This document shows positions 40,019 to 51,200 of a DNA stretch of 64,000 nucleotides, in pieces (positions within the stretch are counted from its first letter, which is position 1; every line of letters starts with the position of its first letter). The DNA is taken from contig JBPCLP010000028.1 of assembly GCA_051003195.1 (NCBI GenBank), forward strand, positions 53,939-117,938, given 5' to 3'. Origin of the DNA: Candidatus Sumerlaeaceae bacterium (lineage in GTDB: Bacteria; Sumerlaeota; Sumerlaeia; Sumerlaeales; Sumerlaeaceae). Below the pieces are notes generated by a model. It was not told the DNA's origin and did no database searches. It was given only the letters and a program-made list of their open reading frames with translations. The position numbers and the translations under genes are program-made.

Positions 40019-40465
40019 TTAGCTCAGCCGCTCCACGTTTAGCTTAATGGTGGCTGTTACTTCCGGGTGTATTTTAAGGCTGATGTTGTGCGGCCCCAGG
40101 GTCTTGATAGGTTCTGGTGTTTCGATTTGTCTCTTATCGATGAGAAAGCCCTGCACCTCAAGAGCCTTTGCGATATCGGCTGTAGTCACCGCGCCAAACA
40201 GCTTTTCCCCCGCGCCCGCCTTGGCTTTCATGGTGACGGTGATGTTCCCTAGTTTCGCCGCGAGTTCCTTCGCCTCCCCCGACTTTTGAGACGCCAGCTC
40301 GATCGCCTTCTTCTTCATCGTCTCATAGCGCTTCAGGGATGCCGGCGTAGCTTCCTCGGCCAGCTTATTGGGTTTCAGGTAATTGCGGAAGTAGCCGTCT
40401 GATACCTTTACCAGGTCCCCCTGCCGGCCCAGTCCTTTTACGTGATCGAATAGTATGACTTCCAT
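40019..40465 (-). CDS. rplI: 50S ribosomal protein L9
   Basis: MEVIL...V.GLG..GD.V.V.DGYFRNYL.P, KLFGAVT..DI, PIK.LG; GGAGG SD. Confidence 0.97.
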   Translation of the reverse strand: MEVILFDHVKGLGRQGDLVKVSDGYFRNYLKPNKLAEEATPASLKRYETMKKKAIELASQKSGEAKELAAKLGNITVTMKAKAGAGEKLFGAVTTADIAKALEVQGFLIDKRQIETPEPIKTLGPHNISLKIHPEVTATIKLNVERLS

Positions 40466-40680
40466 TGTGGTGCGCCTCCGGTTGGTTTCAGTTCCGCTTT
40501 AAATTTCGAGTCTGGTAAGATACCACGGATCCTGGCTTCCGTTGGTTGGGCGATCAATGCATTTATGCTCAACCGCGCTCCCCACCTGCTGCGCGCTCTT
40601 CAAGCACCCTGCACCATCGCGTTGCGACCGTTTCCGCTTGCGGCAAGCTGCAATCGCACGTCTGGTTCGTCTCCCCTTCA

Positions 40681-41712
40681 ATGCACAGTCACATTATAAA
40701 GAGAATCGTCTGGTTCTGCGTCCTGGTCGTGCTGCTCTACGCGTTCTGGGTTATCGCGACCAATTACCGAAACAACGTAGCCACCTTACGCGACTTCCCA
40801 TGGCGCCGCATTCCGCTCATCCTCGCTGCCGTTACAATGAACTTCCTCATCCGCGAACTGAAATGGACCTACTTCTGCCGCGTGGCAGGAATCCAGGCCC
40901 CGCGACTCGGCCATTTTCTCATCTACTTCAGTGGTCTTTCCATGACCATCAGCCCCGGTCGCGTCGGCGAGTTGATCAAGCCCTTCATGTACAAGGAGTA
41001 CTTTGGGAACAAGATGCGGCGAACCGTGCCGCTGGTCTTCTGCGAGCGTGTGTCGGATCTGTTGGGTATGATCATAGTCGCAGCACTTACCATCGCCATG
41101 TACATGCACGGAGCGGCGCGAGCCGGTCATTCGCACGGCACGATGACCCGGTTAATCTACGGGTTTCTTGTGCTGTCGTTTATTTTTACAATCATACTTC
41201 TATATGTGGCCAGGCATCGGCGGCTGGTCTATCGCCTGATCCGCTGGATGACACGCCATGAAAAGCTTCGCAGGACCGGGAAAAAAATACAGACCCTGTA
41301 CTTCTCCACCTACCCGCTCCTGACGGTAAAGAACCTGGCATTCACGACCCTCCTCGCCGCCATCTCGTGGTCGTTTGAATGCGTCGCCCTTATGATGATC
41401 CTGCATGGAACCAATGCGACGGCTGTCACCCTCGGAGAGTCCGCCTTTGTTTTCTGCATGGCGACGATCTTCGGCGGGTTCCTCTTTTTCGCTCCAGGCG
41501 GCCTTGGCGGCTTCGAGGGAAGCGCCAAGGTGATGCTGACCTTACTCGGTTTGACCGACGCACAAATTGTCCCCGCCGTGCTCATCACCCGCTTCTGCAC
41601 CTTGTTTTACAGCGTCGTCATCGGTTTCGTGTTCATCCTGCTCACCAGCCTGAAGTACCACAAGCGCATGCAGTGGGAAGAGTTCGAGCACGCGCGCGAA
41701 ACGACCGACTGA
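40681..41712 (+). CDS. Lysylphosphatidylglycerol synthase TM-region / UPF0104 flippase-like protein
   Basis: SPGRVGELIK, ERVSDL, PGGLGGFE, multiple TM segments. Confidence 0.85.
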   Translation: MHSHIIKRIVWFCVLVVLLYAFWVIATNYRNNVATLRDFPWRRIPLILAAVTMNFLIRELKWTYFCRVAGIQAPRLGHFLIYFSGLSMTISPGRVGELIKPFMYKEYFGNKMRRTVPLVFCERVSDLLGMIIVAALTIAMYMHGAARAGHSHGTMTRLIYGFLVLSFIFTIILLYVARHRRLVYRLIRWMTRHEKLRRTGKKIQTLYFSTYPLLTVKNLAFTTLLAAISWSFECVALMMILHGTNATAVTLGESAFVFCMATIFGGFLFFAPGGLGGFEGSAKVMLTLLGLTDAQIVPAVLITRFCTLFYSVVIGFVFILLTSLKYHKRMQWEEFEHARETTD

Positions 41713-41726
41713 CCGCCTGCCTCCTG

Positions 41727-42971
41727 CTATTTTGAGTCGGTGGTTTGTTGGTCCGCAGGAGCTGCTGCTGATGCTGCACCCGTAGTTTCCGCACTGCCGG
41801 TCGTCTGCGCGATCGCCACCGAAATTGTCGCGCTGGTCTCCACCGCTTTCGGCAGGTTTTTCGGAGCCAGCAGCGCTTCCTCCTTGAAGCGCATGGCCAG
41901 TGTCCCCGTCTCCACCATATCAGCCAGGCGCCCCTCTTTCTGCATGGTTTCCAGTTGTGCCGCCTGTTGCGCAAAAGGAGCCGTAGGATACCGCGTCGCC
42001 GCCTCTTTTACAAAGCCCACGGCCGCGTCGACTTCGCCCTGGCGGATAAGCGCTTCCGTCAATCCTGCCACCGTCGCCATAATCAGCTGCGGTTCCTGTG
42101 GCGCACTGTCGAACAGCGCCTGGAATGCAACGCGCGCACCGGCCAGGTTCCCGATGTCGATATACATCTTTGCCAGCTCGAACGTCAGCGACGAGCGCAT
42201 CCGCACATCCAGTTCCGTAGCCATTCCCTTGTCGTAGAGCTCCGTCGCCTGGATGGCATGCGTCCGCGCTTTTGTGTAGTCTTCCACGGCTGCATACATT
42301 TCCGCCAGTTGCGACGCCAGCCCGCGCTTCTCGTCGTCGCCCGTTACTGCGGCCAGTTCTTTTTCCATATACTCAATGGCACCAGTGCTGTCGCGATCAC
42401 GGTGATAAGTGGTGACAATCATGCCGCGATAGAGGTTAATTTCCGCAGGTGAGGTGGTGTTTTCGCGCAGCGAGCTCAGCGCTTCGCGTGCTCCGCTTGT
42501 GTGGCCTGCCATCGTCTGCGTGTCCGCACGCGCAACCGCCAGGTTCAGCGAGGTGCCCTCGTCGCTGGCATACTTCTGCTGAAACCGGTCAATTGTTTTC
42601 AGCGCATCGTCATACTTCTTTTCGCGCTGAAGAATGGAAAGATAAGTCTTCAGCACAGCCTGGCCCATTCTGTCCTTCTGCGAAACTTTTTCCAGGGCCG
42701 GCTCCAGCTCGGCGCGCGCCTCATCGAACCGCTGGTCGCGCACGTAAATCTGCGCCAGGAGCATCCGCGCCTGGATCGCGGCCGGGTCATCTGCGTTCTT
42801 CTCGATCACCTTACGCGCCTCCACCTCGGCGCTGAGGGTGTCGTTTTGCTGGTAAAACTCGACCGCCTTCTGCAACCGCTCCTCGGGCGTGCGGCGATTG
42901 CAGCCGCTCAGTGCGACGCCGGCAGCCACTGCAACACTCGCAAAAACCACGAAACTGGACCTTAAGTACAC
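41727..42971 (-). CDS. TPR-repeat lipoprotein
   Basis: AAGGA SD before GTG 42971; lipobox LSGC; helical TPR-like repeats. Confidence 0.75.
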   Translation of the reverse strand: MYLRSSFVVFASVAVAAGVALSGCNRRTPEERLQKAVEFYQQNDTLSAEVEARKVIEKNADDPAAIQARMLLAQIYVRDQRFDEARAELEPALEKVSQKDRMGQAVLKTYLSILQREKKYDDALKTIDRFQQKYASDEGTSLNLAVARADTQTMAGHTSGAREALSSLRENTTSPAEINLYRGMIVTTYHRDRDSTGAIEYMEKELAAVTGDDEKRGLASQLAEMYAAVEDYTKARTHAIQATELYDKGMATELDVRMRSSLTFELAKMYIDIGNLAGARVAFQALFDSAPQEPQLIMATVAGLTEALIRQGEVDAAVGFVKEAATRYPTAPFAQQAAQLETMQKEGRLADMVETGTLAMRFKEEALLAPKNLPKAVETSATISVAIAQTTGSAETTGAASAAAPADQQTTDSK

Positions 42972-43081
42972 TGGCGTTCCTTTAACTAGATAGAGGCGCC
43001 TGTGGTCATCGTAAGCGGCGCCATGTGTGTCAAACGCAATTGGACGCGCCGGACAACCCTTTAACATGGCCATGGTATGAC

Positions 43082-43109
43082 AAAGCCCCGGCCGCATGGC
43101 CGGGGCTTT
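43082..43109. terminator. Hairpin terminator after the ECF sigma gene
   Basis: Perfect inverted repeat AAAGCCCCGGCC-GCAT-GGCCGGGGCTTT. Confidence 0.75.
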
Positions 43110-43138
43110 CACGATTCGTTCTCTTCAGCCTCGAGCGT

Positions 43139-43807
43139 CTAGTCGAGGATCTCTTTCATCAGCTCGCGCAATTCCTGGCGCGCATTGAACAGACGGCTCA
43201 TCACCGTGCCGATCGGGATGTTCAGCGCCTCCGCGATTTCCTTATAAGACAAGTTGTGGAAATGCTTCATGATGATGATCTCGCGGAAGTCCGGCTTCAG
43301 CCGATCAATCGCCCGCCACAGGTTAATGCGCGTTTCGCTCTCTTCGTACTGATCGCGCGGCGTGGGCTTCTCGTCCTCGAACTGGGCGAAAGTCTCTTCC
43401 TCCAGCTCTTCCAGGGAATCGTTACGCACGCGCTGGTTCTTCTTAATGTAGTTCAGGCAGTGGTTTTTGATAATCTTGTAGAACCACGGGAAGAACGGCG
43501 AGTTCAGGTCGAAGGTCTTGATGGCCTTGAACGCCTTTACAAATGCGTCCTGCGACAGGTCGAGCGCGTCCTCGTGATTGCCAACAAAGCCCAGGGCCAC
43601 ATAGTAAGCCTTTTGCTTATAAGCATTCACGAGGTCCTCGAAGGCGGAAACTTCGCCAAACTGGACCCTGCGGATAATCTCTTTTTCTTCTTCCGGGGAA
43701 AGAAAGCGCTGAACGTTCTCGTCAACCGCAACAGGGGCCTGAACTTCTTCAGGCTCCTCCGTTTCGGCCTCGCGCTCTTCCAGTTCCACGTTCTTCATCT
43801 TCGGCAT
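43139..43807 (-). CDS. ECF RNA polymerase sigma factor (RpoE/SigW-like)
   Basis: AFEDLV..Y, DALDLSQDAF, F.PWFYKI..N, LSYKEIAEALNIPIGTVMSRL..AR. Confidence 0.93.
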   Translation of the reverse strand: MPKMKNVELEEREAETEEPEEVQAPVAVDENVQRFLSPEEEKEIIRRVQFGEVSAFEDLVNAYKQKAYYVALGFVGNHEDALDLSQDAFVKAFKAIKTFDLNSPFFPWFYKIIKNHCLNYIKKNQRVRNDSLEELEEETFAQFEDEKPTPRDQYEESETRINLWRAIDRLKPDFREIIIMKHFHNLSYKEIAEALNIPIGTVMSRLFNARQELRELMKEILD

Positions 43808-44253
43808 TTCTTGTCTTTCAGTACCTCAATTTCCCCACACGTTTATGAATAAACCACCACGAGATGAACGGGGGATAGACATTCACCGGGGGTGGTTCAA
43901 CTAAAATATATCAATTCACCAAGGGAACCGGAGCATAAACCGTTCCTGCGAAATGTATGCAACGGAATTCGCCGGACGACCGCTTAAATTCGGGTCCATC
44001 TTCTGGCACGTCGCTAACTCTCATTGAATCAGGTATGCGCAGTTTCATTCAAACCCTGATTATTTTGGCTTCCTAAGCATTGTTGGCACGTAAATACACG
44101 TCACAACTGTGAAATCCCTGTTTCGGACACTTTCGCCCCCGCCTGGCGGAAATCGATCAGTTGGTGCATCGTTTTGGCACAGCCCGCCCCATTTTTGAAT
44201 CCGAAGGGTTTCCCGATGACTGGGGCGCCGCTCACTACGCGCTTCGCGCGTTT

Positions 44254-44285
44254 CCAAAGCGGCGGCAAGCCGCGCGCACTCCAAA
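44254..44285. repeat. REP-like palindromic element
   Basis: CCAAAGCGGCGGCAAGCCGCGCGCACTCCAAA, imperfect hairpin of the type seen in intergenic DNA of PVC-group genomes. Confidence 0.5.
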
Positions 44286-44350
44286 TTAGATTGTCGGAAG
44301 CGGGCAGTGTCCCCCGGTTTCCTCTACCCCTGTTTCGAGTTTCGGCCACC

Positions 44351-47300
44351 TTACTCCAACTCAAACCGGCTGACGCTTACAGGTACGGCTGTGGCGTTGC
44401 CGGCGTACCATGACGAGAACGAGTTCACGCCGGTGACCTTGAGCTTGCCGCTGCCGCCCACCGCTTGTACAGTGTACACGCCCATGGGCGAACTGAGATC
44501 GCCCTCGAACTGGTAAACGGTATCAATTCCGCCGGCGGGTGCGAGCACTTCATCAAATGCCCACTCGATGCTTGCCGTGAAACTGCCGCTCGTGAGCCCA
44601 CCACCGGCGATGATAGTCAGGAATGCCTTCAGCAGCTGCGCGGGATTCCGGAAGTACGACGGCTCCTCGCCGCTCGGCAGATTGCTGGCCAGCAGCGTGA
44701 TCGTTCCGCCGCTTGTGACGCCTGTAAGTGTAATGGTGACATCCAGGTCGTCGCTCAGCGGGAATACCAACTGGGAGTTTCCGGCCGGAACATCCAGTGT
44801 GAGGGAAGTACCCGGGTCTGCCAGCAGCGTCACACTCGTTTGAGCCGTTGTAGGCACAAGGCCGACATTGCCCGCCTCATCGGCAGCAATGCTCGCGAAC
44901 TCGTAAACTCCGCTGATATTCCCCAGAATGTAACTGTTATCCGGCGCCGAGAACATGAAGGTTCCGGGATACTCCTGGATACCTACTGCGTCATTCACCG
45001 GGACGAATTCTCCCAGGTGCGGGGGACGCACGTAAAGCGAAGCCGAAGTCATGGGCGAACCGCCGCCCGGCTGTTCCGCATAATGCACCGCGAACGGCTC
45101 CGTGCCGACTACCGTCTGGTCGTCGACTCCTACGGTAAGCACTGGCGATGTGTTATCGATCGTCAGGGCTGCTGGGAAAGTCGTGATACCTTCATTCCCG
45201 AAACCATCGACGCCCGTAACCACCAGTTCCCTGGCGCCTTCTATTGCACCTGGCGTTGGATAGTATAATAAGCTGTGGGTCTGGCCGTTTCCGTATGCAA
45301 AATTCGCGGGCTCTCCGCCGACTGTGGCAGTGGGAGCAGCTACATATTCGCTCGACTCAAATGTGATCGAAGCCGGGTTACCGTCTGCGCGCACATATGC
45401 CGGCACCACTGAAGGCGTGGAAAAGAACGGGAGCGTGCGATCGACATAAAACGCGGAATAAGGCGAGGAATACCCGCCGACATTATTCGCGAGGTCGGTG
45501 GCCGAGACGCTGACAAGGCGTCCGCCCTCCGGGCTGGTCTCCGTCACCGGGTAGGTGTAGGTGTAGCTGGACCCATCCTTTGATGTGAAGCTCGCTGACT
45601 CGTTGTCGACGGACACTTCAGGATTCTCTGAAAGTTCTTCCGTTGCATAAAACGTGATCGCTACCTGGTCGCCGAGCTTCGCATAACCGGGACTTGCGCT
45701 CACATTGTAAATGTCTGGGGGAGTGGTGTCCGCCGCCACAACAGTGAATGCGTTAACCAGGTATTCGCTCGTAAAGTTATGAATGAGGTCTATTGCTCCG
45801 ATACCGACATCTGCATTAATGCCAGCGTAGAACTCATGGGCAAACCATTCGTAGGTGTACCGGGTGCCGTTCACGCCCACAAAAGTCGCTGCCGATTCAT
45901 AGGGCAACAGGACCCACACGGCGGTAAATGTGGTATCCAACGGCTCGTTGGATGTAAAGCTGATCGTGACAGTCGTGCCAGCGGCGACCAGCGTGGGCGT
46001 CACTGAAATGTCCGTGATCTGCGGTGCCTTGAAGTCGAACTGGCCTGAGAATGCCAACGCGCGCGCCGATGAATTGCCTGCGGCATCCTGCGCAAACCCT
46101 ATCGGGAAAAATGCTGCCAGCTCGCCTTCCCAGTCATCCAGAACATCAAGCGTGATGTAAGTCGTCGTCTCGTCTTCAGACAGCGTGGTCCAGTAACTCG
46201 AGAGAGTCGGCGTCGATTCGACTTCCAGATAATCCGAAAAATAGCCCATCGCCAGGTCATCGGTGACGGTAAACGGAACCCGGAGCTGAGGTTCTGAATA
46301 CTCCTGTCCAACCCATTCCACGGGACCAGTCGCCGTGACAACCGGGGGATTTGTATCCACCACATACGCGGTGGGAGAGTCCGCAGCCGGCGCGAGATTT
46401 CCCGATGTATCCACTGCCGTTCCAGCGGCCAGTCTTATCGCAATGGAACCGTTCCCCGTGATGTTCGTCAGCTCGACGTAGTACATGTTGTCGTATACAT
46501 GATACGTTTCGACGTCGGCATCTGCATCACCGGTTGTGACGAGTGTCACGTCGTCTGCAGAAAGCGTGATGGCCGATAACGCCTGGTCGTCATCGTAGAA
46601 GACCGCGAACTGCTCCGGACCGGTTGACGCAGTATGCGGATCAGATAAAATCTGCATCGTCGGCGCAAAGGTGTCGGTGTAGCGCACCGTTATGTCATCG
46701 ATGCCGATCGCCTTCGAGGTCCCTGTGCCCGTCTCGCTATAGTTCCACCGAAGGTAGAAGTTGCCCCCCGGCGGAATCGAAATTCCCGTCACACTGGACG
46801 TAGTGTAGAACTCCTGCGGCGGGTTATACGTGTTGGAGTCCGCGCCAGCCGCAAGGCTGATCCCGGCGCCGGGGAACGGCGTATGGATGTTGTCCGCGGT
46901 GTACCCATAGTACACGTTGTACGCAACCGACTTGGTGCCATTGCGGTACCATTCGTACGTGAAACCCAGCGAGATGTCCGTGATTGTGCTTCCGATGTCG
47001 TTCTTCAGCGCGTAGAAAATATTGCGAGGCGCCGTGTACGTTCCGCTGGCCAGGATGCCAAGGCATTCATCCTCAGCGCCAACGCCACCATCTTTAAAAA
47101 TATATGTGCCGCCGGAACTGCTCGGCGTGAGGGTGTTGGGGTATGCCTGCTGCGTCGCATTAGGATTCGCCCAATCCTCGCGATCGCTGGGAATCGAAGT
47201 GTCCGAACGCCAGCCAAGCGGCAAATTCCACCATGCATTGAGGTTGTACTCGAAATCCTGCGGATACGTGAGACGCCAGAAACCGCGCTCTTGTGCCTGC

Positions 47301-47404
47301 GCCGAGTCTCCAGACAGTCCCAGCAGGACGCCTGCAATCGCGAACACGACGGCCCGAAGTCCGTATCCGCCGCATCGCGCGCGGTTTTCTGCCCTTTTGT
47401 CCAT
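44351..47404 (-). CDS. Large secreted acidic multidomain protein (beta-sandwich N-domain, several Ig-like repeats) ending VPVSVSRFELE
   Basis: Signal peptide ...AVVFAIAGVLLGLSGDSAQA; repeated D.T.P...(ATD.AGN) Ig-like units; start set at MDKRAEN. Confidence 0.8.
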   Translation of the reverse strand: MDKRAENRARCGGYGLRAVVFAIAGVLLGLSGDSAQAQERGFWRLTYPQDFEYNLNAWWNLPLGWRSDTSIPSDREDWANPNATQQAYPNTLTPSSSGGTYIFKDGGVGAEDECLGILASGTYTAPRNIFYALKNDIGSTITDISLGFTYEWYRNGTKSVAYNVYYGYTADNIHTPFPGAGISLAAGADSNTYNPPQEFYTTSSVTGISIPPGGNFYLRWNYSETGTGTSKAIGIDDITVRYTDTFAPTMQILSDPHTASTGPEQFAVFYDDDQALSAITLSADDVTLVTTGDADADVETYHVYDNMYYVELTNITGNGSIAIRLAAGTAVDTSGNLAPAADSPTAYVVDTNPPVVTATGPVEWVGQEYSEPQLRVPFTVTDDLAMGYFSDYLEVESTPTLSSYWTTLSEDETTTYITLDVLDDWEGELAAFFPIGFAQDAAGNSSARALAFSGQFDFKAPQITDISVTPTLVAAGTTVTISFTSNEPLDTTFTAVWVLLPYESAATFVGVNGTRYTYEWFAHEFYAGINADVGIGAIDLIHNFTSEYLVNAFTVVAADTTPPDIYNVSASPGYAKLGDQVAITFYATEELSENPEVSVDNESASFTSKDGSSYTYTYPVTETSPEGGRLVSVSATDLANNVGGYSSPYSAFYVDRTLPFFSTPSVVPAYVRADGNPASITFESSEYVAAPTATVGGEPANFAYGNGQTHSLLYYPTPGAIEGARELVVTGVDGFGNEGITTFPAALTIDNTSPVLTVGVDDQTVVGTEPFAVHYAEQPGGGSPMTSASLYVRPPHLGEFVPVNDAVGIQEYPGTFMFSAPDNSYILGNISGVYEFASIAADEAGNVGLVPTTAQTSVTLLADPGTSLTLDVPAGNSQLVFPLSDDLDVTITLTGVTSGGTITLLASNLPSGEEPSYFRNPAQLLKAFLTIIAGGGLTSGSFTASIEWAFDEVLAPAGGIDTVYQFEGDLSSPMGVYTVQAVGGSGKLKVTGVNSFSSWYAGNATAVPVSVSRFELE

Positions 47405-47646
47405 GAACCGGTACCTTATGGAGTAGCCGCAGCGTTGTGGGAAACACTGCATCGCCAAGACAACAGCTTACTCCATGCGTTCAGCTGTCGGCAAGCGAAA
47501 TCACGGTTTCGCCGCGATCGTTAATGATGTCGCCTGGCCGTCATTTGTGGCGGCACAGCTCGGGTTAAGAGCGGCTTATAACCCAGTCTTAAGCAGTTCC
47601 CCACGCTAAAGTACGGCCGATTGCCCACGCTGCCCAGCATGGATTT

Positions 47647-47751
47647 GCGCACCGAAGGTGCGGCGGGTCCCAGCCCAGGGCAAGCCTCCGGTTTTTTGGA
47701 GGCGCAGCCCTGGGATAAAATCGCCTCCAGCATCGCGCGCTGAAGGCGCGC
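47647..47751. repeat. Three-hairpin palindromic intergenic element
   Basis: CGCACC-GAA-GGTGCG; CCCAGGGC..GCCTCC/GGAGGC..GCCCTGGG; GCGCGC-TGAAG-GCGCGC. Confidence 0.55.
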
Positions 47752-48224
47752 CGCAAACCAGCGGCGAAACCGCCACACACTCGCCAGCGGGTCATCCACG
47801 ATACTTCACGATACTCATTGATTGCCGACACTTTTTCGCCCAGGCTGGCCCGATGAACACTCGCGCAATGGCGATATGGATACACTTCTGCGTGTTGTCA
47901 GGTATCGCTGGAGTTGGCGTTATCGCCACCACGGTGTTGGCGGAAGGAACACACCGTCATTCCGGCAACGAACCACAACCCACTGTTCGGCTGCGAAAAT
48001 GGGAACAGATCAAGTCAGAAAGCCAAGAGGGCAGGCGCATGTGGCCGCCCGCCGGGAACGCTCCTTGACACCACGGTTGGATGCAGAGTACTGCAAATTA
48101 AGGTAGAAATGATTTCAGCCATTTAGCTTTGCTCCAGAACGAGCGGATGGGTTCTCCGGGTGCAACCTGCATCGTTCAATACCCGCTCATCCGCCTGCCG
48201 GTACTTGAGGAAGGGAAGTCGCCG

Positions 48225-51200
48225 ATGGACATTCCGCAACGTCACACGGGCGCATCGGACATGTTAAAGCACCGGACCTGGACACGATTTGTGCTGAGTG
48301 GTTGCTTCACGTTGCTGTTTGTCACCTTTCTGTGTGCTGCGCCGATCGAATGGAGATCACCAGGCGTCGGCTCCGCGGCGGGACAGCCCGACAGCATTTC
48401 CACCCTCAACCAGCCCGGGACTATGCATCGTGTCATGCAGTTCAGCAAAGTGCCTACGGAGCACGCGCGCGAGTCGCTGCGCGCAAATGGCATCGAGCTG
48501 TTGCGGTATCTCGGATCAAATTCGTACTTCGCAGCCGTGCGCGGCGGTCCTGCAGCAGCAGCGAGCGCCACCGCCCATCAGGTTATTTCCGCTGCAGCAA
48601 TTGAACGCGCGTGGAAGCTTCACCCTGATCTGCTCTCGCGGCAATTTCCGGCATTCAGCGTGTTCGATGTTCCGGGGATGCAACTTTCCGGGGACAAGAT
48701 AGACAGGTCGGAAAACTCCACGGAAACAGTGGTGGCGTTGTACGCCGTGTTTCATCCTGACGTGCGCCTCGAGCGAATCGCCGTGCCTACCGTTGCGCGG
48801 CATCGCGGCGTTGTGCGCGACCGCATGCGCAGTATCAATGCGCTCGTCATCTGGATTCCGCTGCCCGAACTTGAAGCACTTGCAGACGAAGACGTGGTGG
48901 AATGGCTGGAGCCGCCGCTGCCGCCGCTCGATGTCGTCAACGATTCCAACCGCGTGATCACGCAGACCAACACCGTGCAACAGGCGCCCTACAATCTCAG
49001 TGGCGCGGGCATAAACGTGCTGGTTTACGACGGCGGTCGCGCGCATGCTTTTCATGCCGATTTCGCGGGGCGGTTGACGGGCCGCGACACATCACCCATG
49101 CACTACCACCCAACTCACGTTTCCGGCACTATAGGCGGCAGCGGCGCAAGCAGCGCGGCTAACGGCGGCACGGCAAATCAGTGGAGAGGCATGGCCCCCG
49201 CAGTAACGATGCAATCCTATGGATTCGAGTACGACGGCACCGGTACCTTTCTCTACACCAACCCCGGCGACCTCGAAGCCGACTACAACGAAGCCATCAA
49301 CACGTACGGAGCTGTAATATCCAACAACTCCATCGGGACAAACACCGCGGCTAACGGATTCCCATGCGCGTACGAAGGCGACTATGGGGCGACGGACATG
49401 CTGATCGACAGCATCGTGCGCGGCAGTCTCGGCTCGCCCATGCGGATTATCTGGGCAAACGGAAACGAACGCGGTAGCGGTCGCTGCGGCACAACGTATA
49501 CAACGACAGCGCCACCCGCATGTGCGAAAAACCACATCACTGTTGGCGCAGTAAATTCCAATGACGACAGCATCACGGGATTCACGAGTTGGGGACCGAC
49601 AGACGACGGGCGTATGAAGCCAGACGTGAGTGCGCCGGGTTGCGAGGTGGGCGGCGATGGCGGCGTCACGTCTGCAATCAGTGGCGGGTATTACGCGCTG
49701 TGCGGCACATCGATGGCCGCGCCCACTGTTACCGGGATCTGCGCGCTGCTGCTGCAGGATTGGAAAGCGCAGTTTCCCGATTCTCCACTGCCGCCAAACG
49801 CCATGTTAAAAGTTTTGCTGGCGCACAACGCTCAGGACCGTGGTAATGCGGGGCCTGATTACCAGTTTGGCTACGGTTCGGTGCGCGCACAGGCCACTGT
49901 CGATTTTCTGCGCCTCGGAAGTCTTAAACAGAACTCGATCAGCCAGGGCCAGCAGCAGGATATCCTGGTTTACGTGCCCAACGGGCCCGGCACATTAAAG
50001 GTAACGCTGGCGTGGGATGATCCCGCTGGTGCGGCGAATACTACGCCGGAACTGGTCAACGACCTGGACCTGGTGGCCATCAGCCCGTCGAACGTGACAA
50101 ACTACCCATGGACGTTGAACCCTGCCAGCCCGGCGACTGCCGCGGTGCGCACGACCGTGGACCGTCGCAACAATATAGAGCAGGTGCTGGTGAGTAATCC
50201 TGCGGGCGGCGTTTGGACGATCCGCGTGACCGGCTTCTCCGTTGCTCAAGGCCCGCAACCGTATTCCATCGCATCGTCGCCGCTGATGCAAAACTGCAGC
50301 AGCGCCGGAACAATAGCCCTGAATGCGAGCACTTATAGCTGCAGCGCGACAGTCGGTGTGAATGTTGTCGATTGCGACCTGAACACGAACAACGCCACAG
50401 TCCAGACGCTCAACGTCAACGTGTCGTCCACCAATGAACCAGCAGGGGAATCCATTGTTCTGACGGAGACATCGTCCGGCTCCGCGAAGTTCAGCGGCTC
50501 CATCACTGTGTCCACCACCAACTCGCCGGGCGTATTGCATGCCACAAATGGAGCAAACATCACAGCTACGTACAATGACGCCAACAACGGTTCCGGTGCG
50601 GCAGTTGTTACAGACACTGCAACTCTGGACTGCATCGGCCCTGTCATTTCGAACGTACAGATAACCAGCGTTACGAACACCCAGGCCACAATAACGTTTG
50701 CCACCAATGAACCCGCAACATCGCAGGCGCGCTACGGCACCAATTGCGGCGCTCTTGGCAGCACAAGTGCGCAGTACAGCGTGATTACTAATCACAGCTT
50801 GCTGGTCAGCGGGTTGTCACAGCTTACCACCTACACCCTCGCCGTCGATGCGACCGACGTAGCTGGCAATACTACGACAGCAAACAACAGTGGAAGCTGT
50901 TACACTTTCACCACGTTGGCTACTCCCGATAGTTTCACCGAATGGTTCTCGAGTGGGGAGAATGACATTTCAAACCGAACGCTGACGTTTACACCTGATA
51001 ATTCGGTCGCAGGATACACTGTGTGCAGTGCCGCCGCGAGCGCATTCCCAACCGATTACTCGACCGGAGAGCAGTGGGCCCTGGAAGACGACGGGTTTAG
51101 CGCCAATTGGACTACATTTAACCTGCTGGATGGCAAGCAGATCGTCCTGTATGGCAACAGTTACTCGTCGGTAAATGTGAGTGATAACGGGCATCTTACG

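Noticed and set aside
43876..43899. Autoregulatory TGAAC...GTCTA promoter for the 43139-43807 sigma
   Set aside because: The spacer is only 14 nt, short for an ECF promoter.
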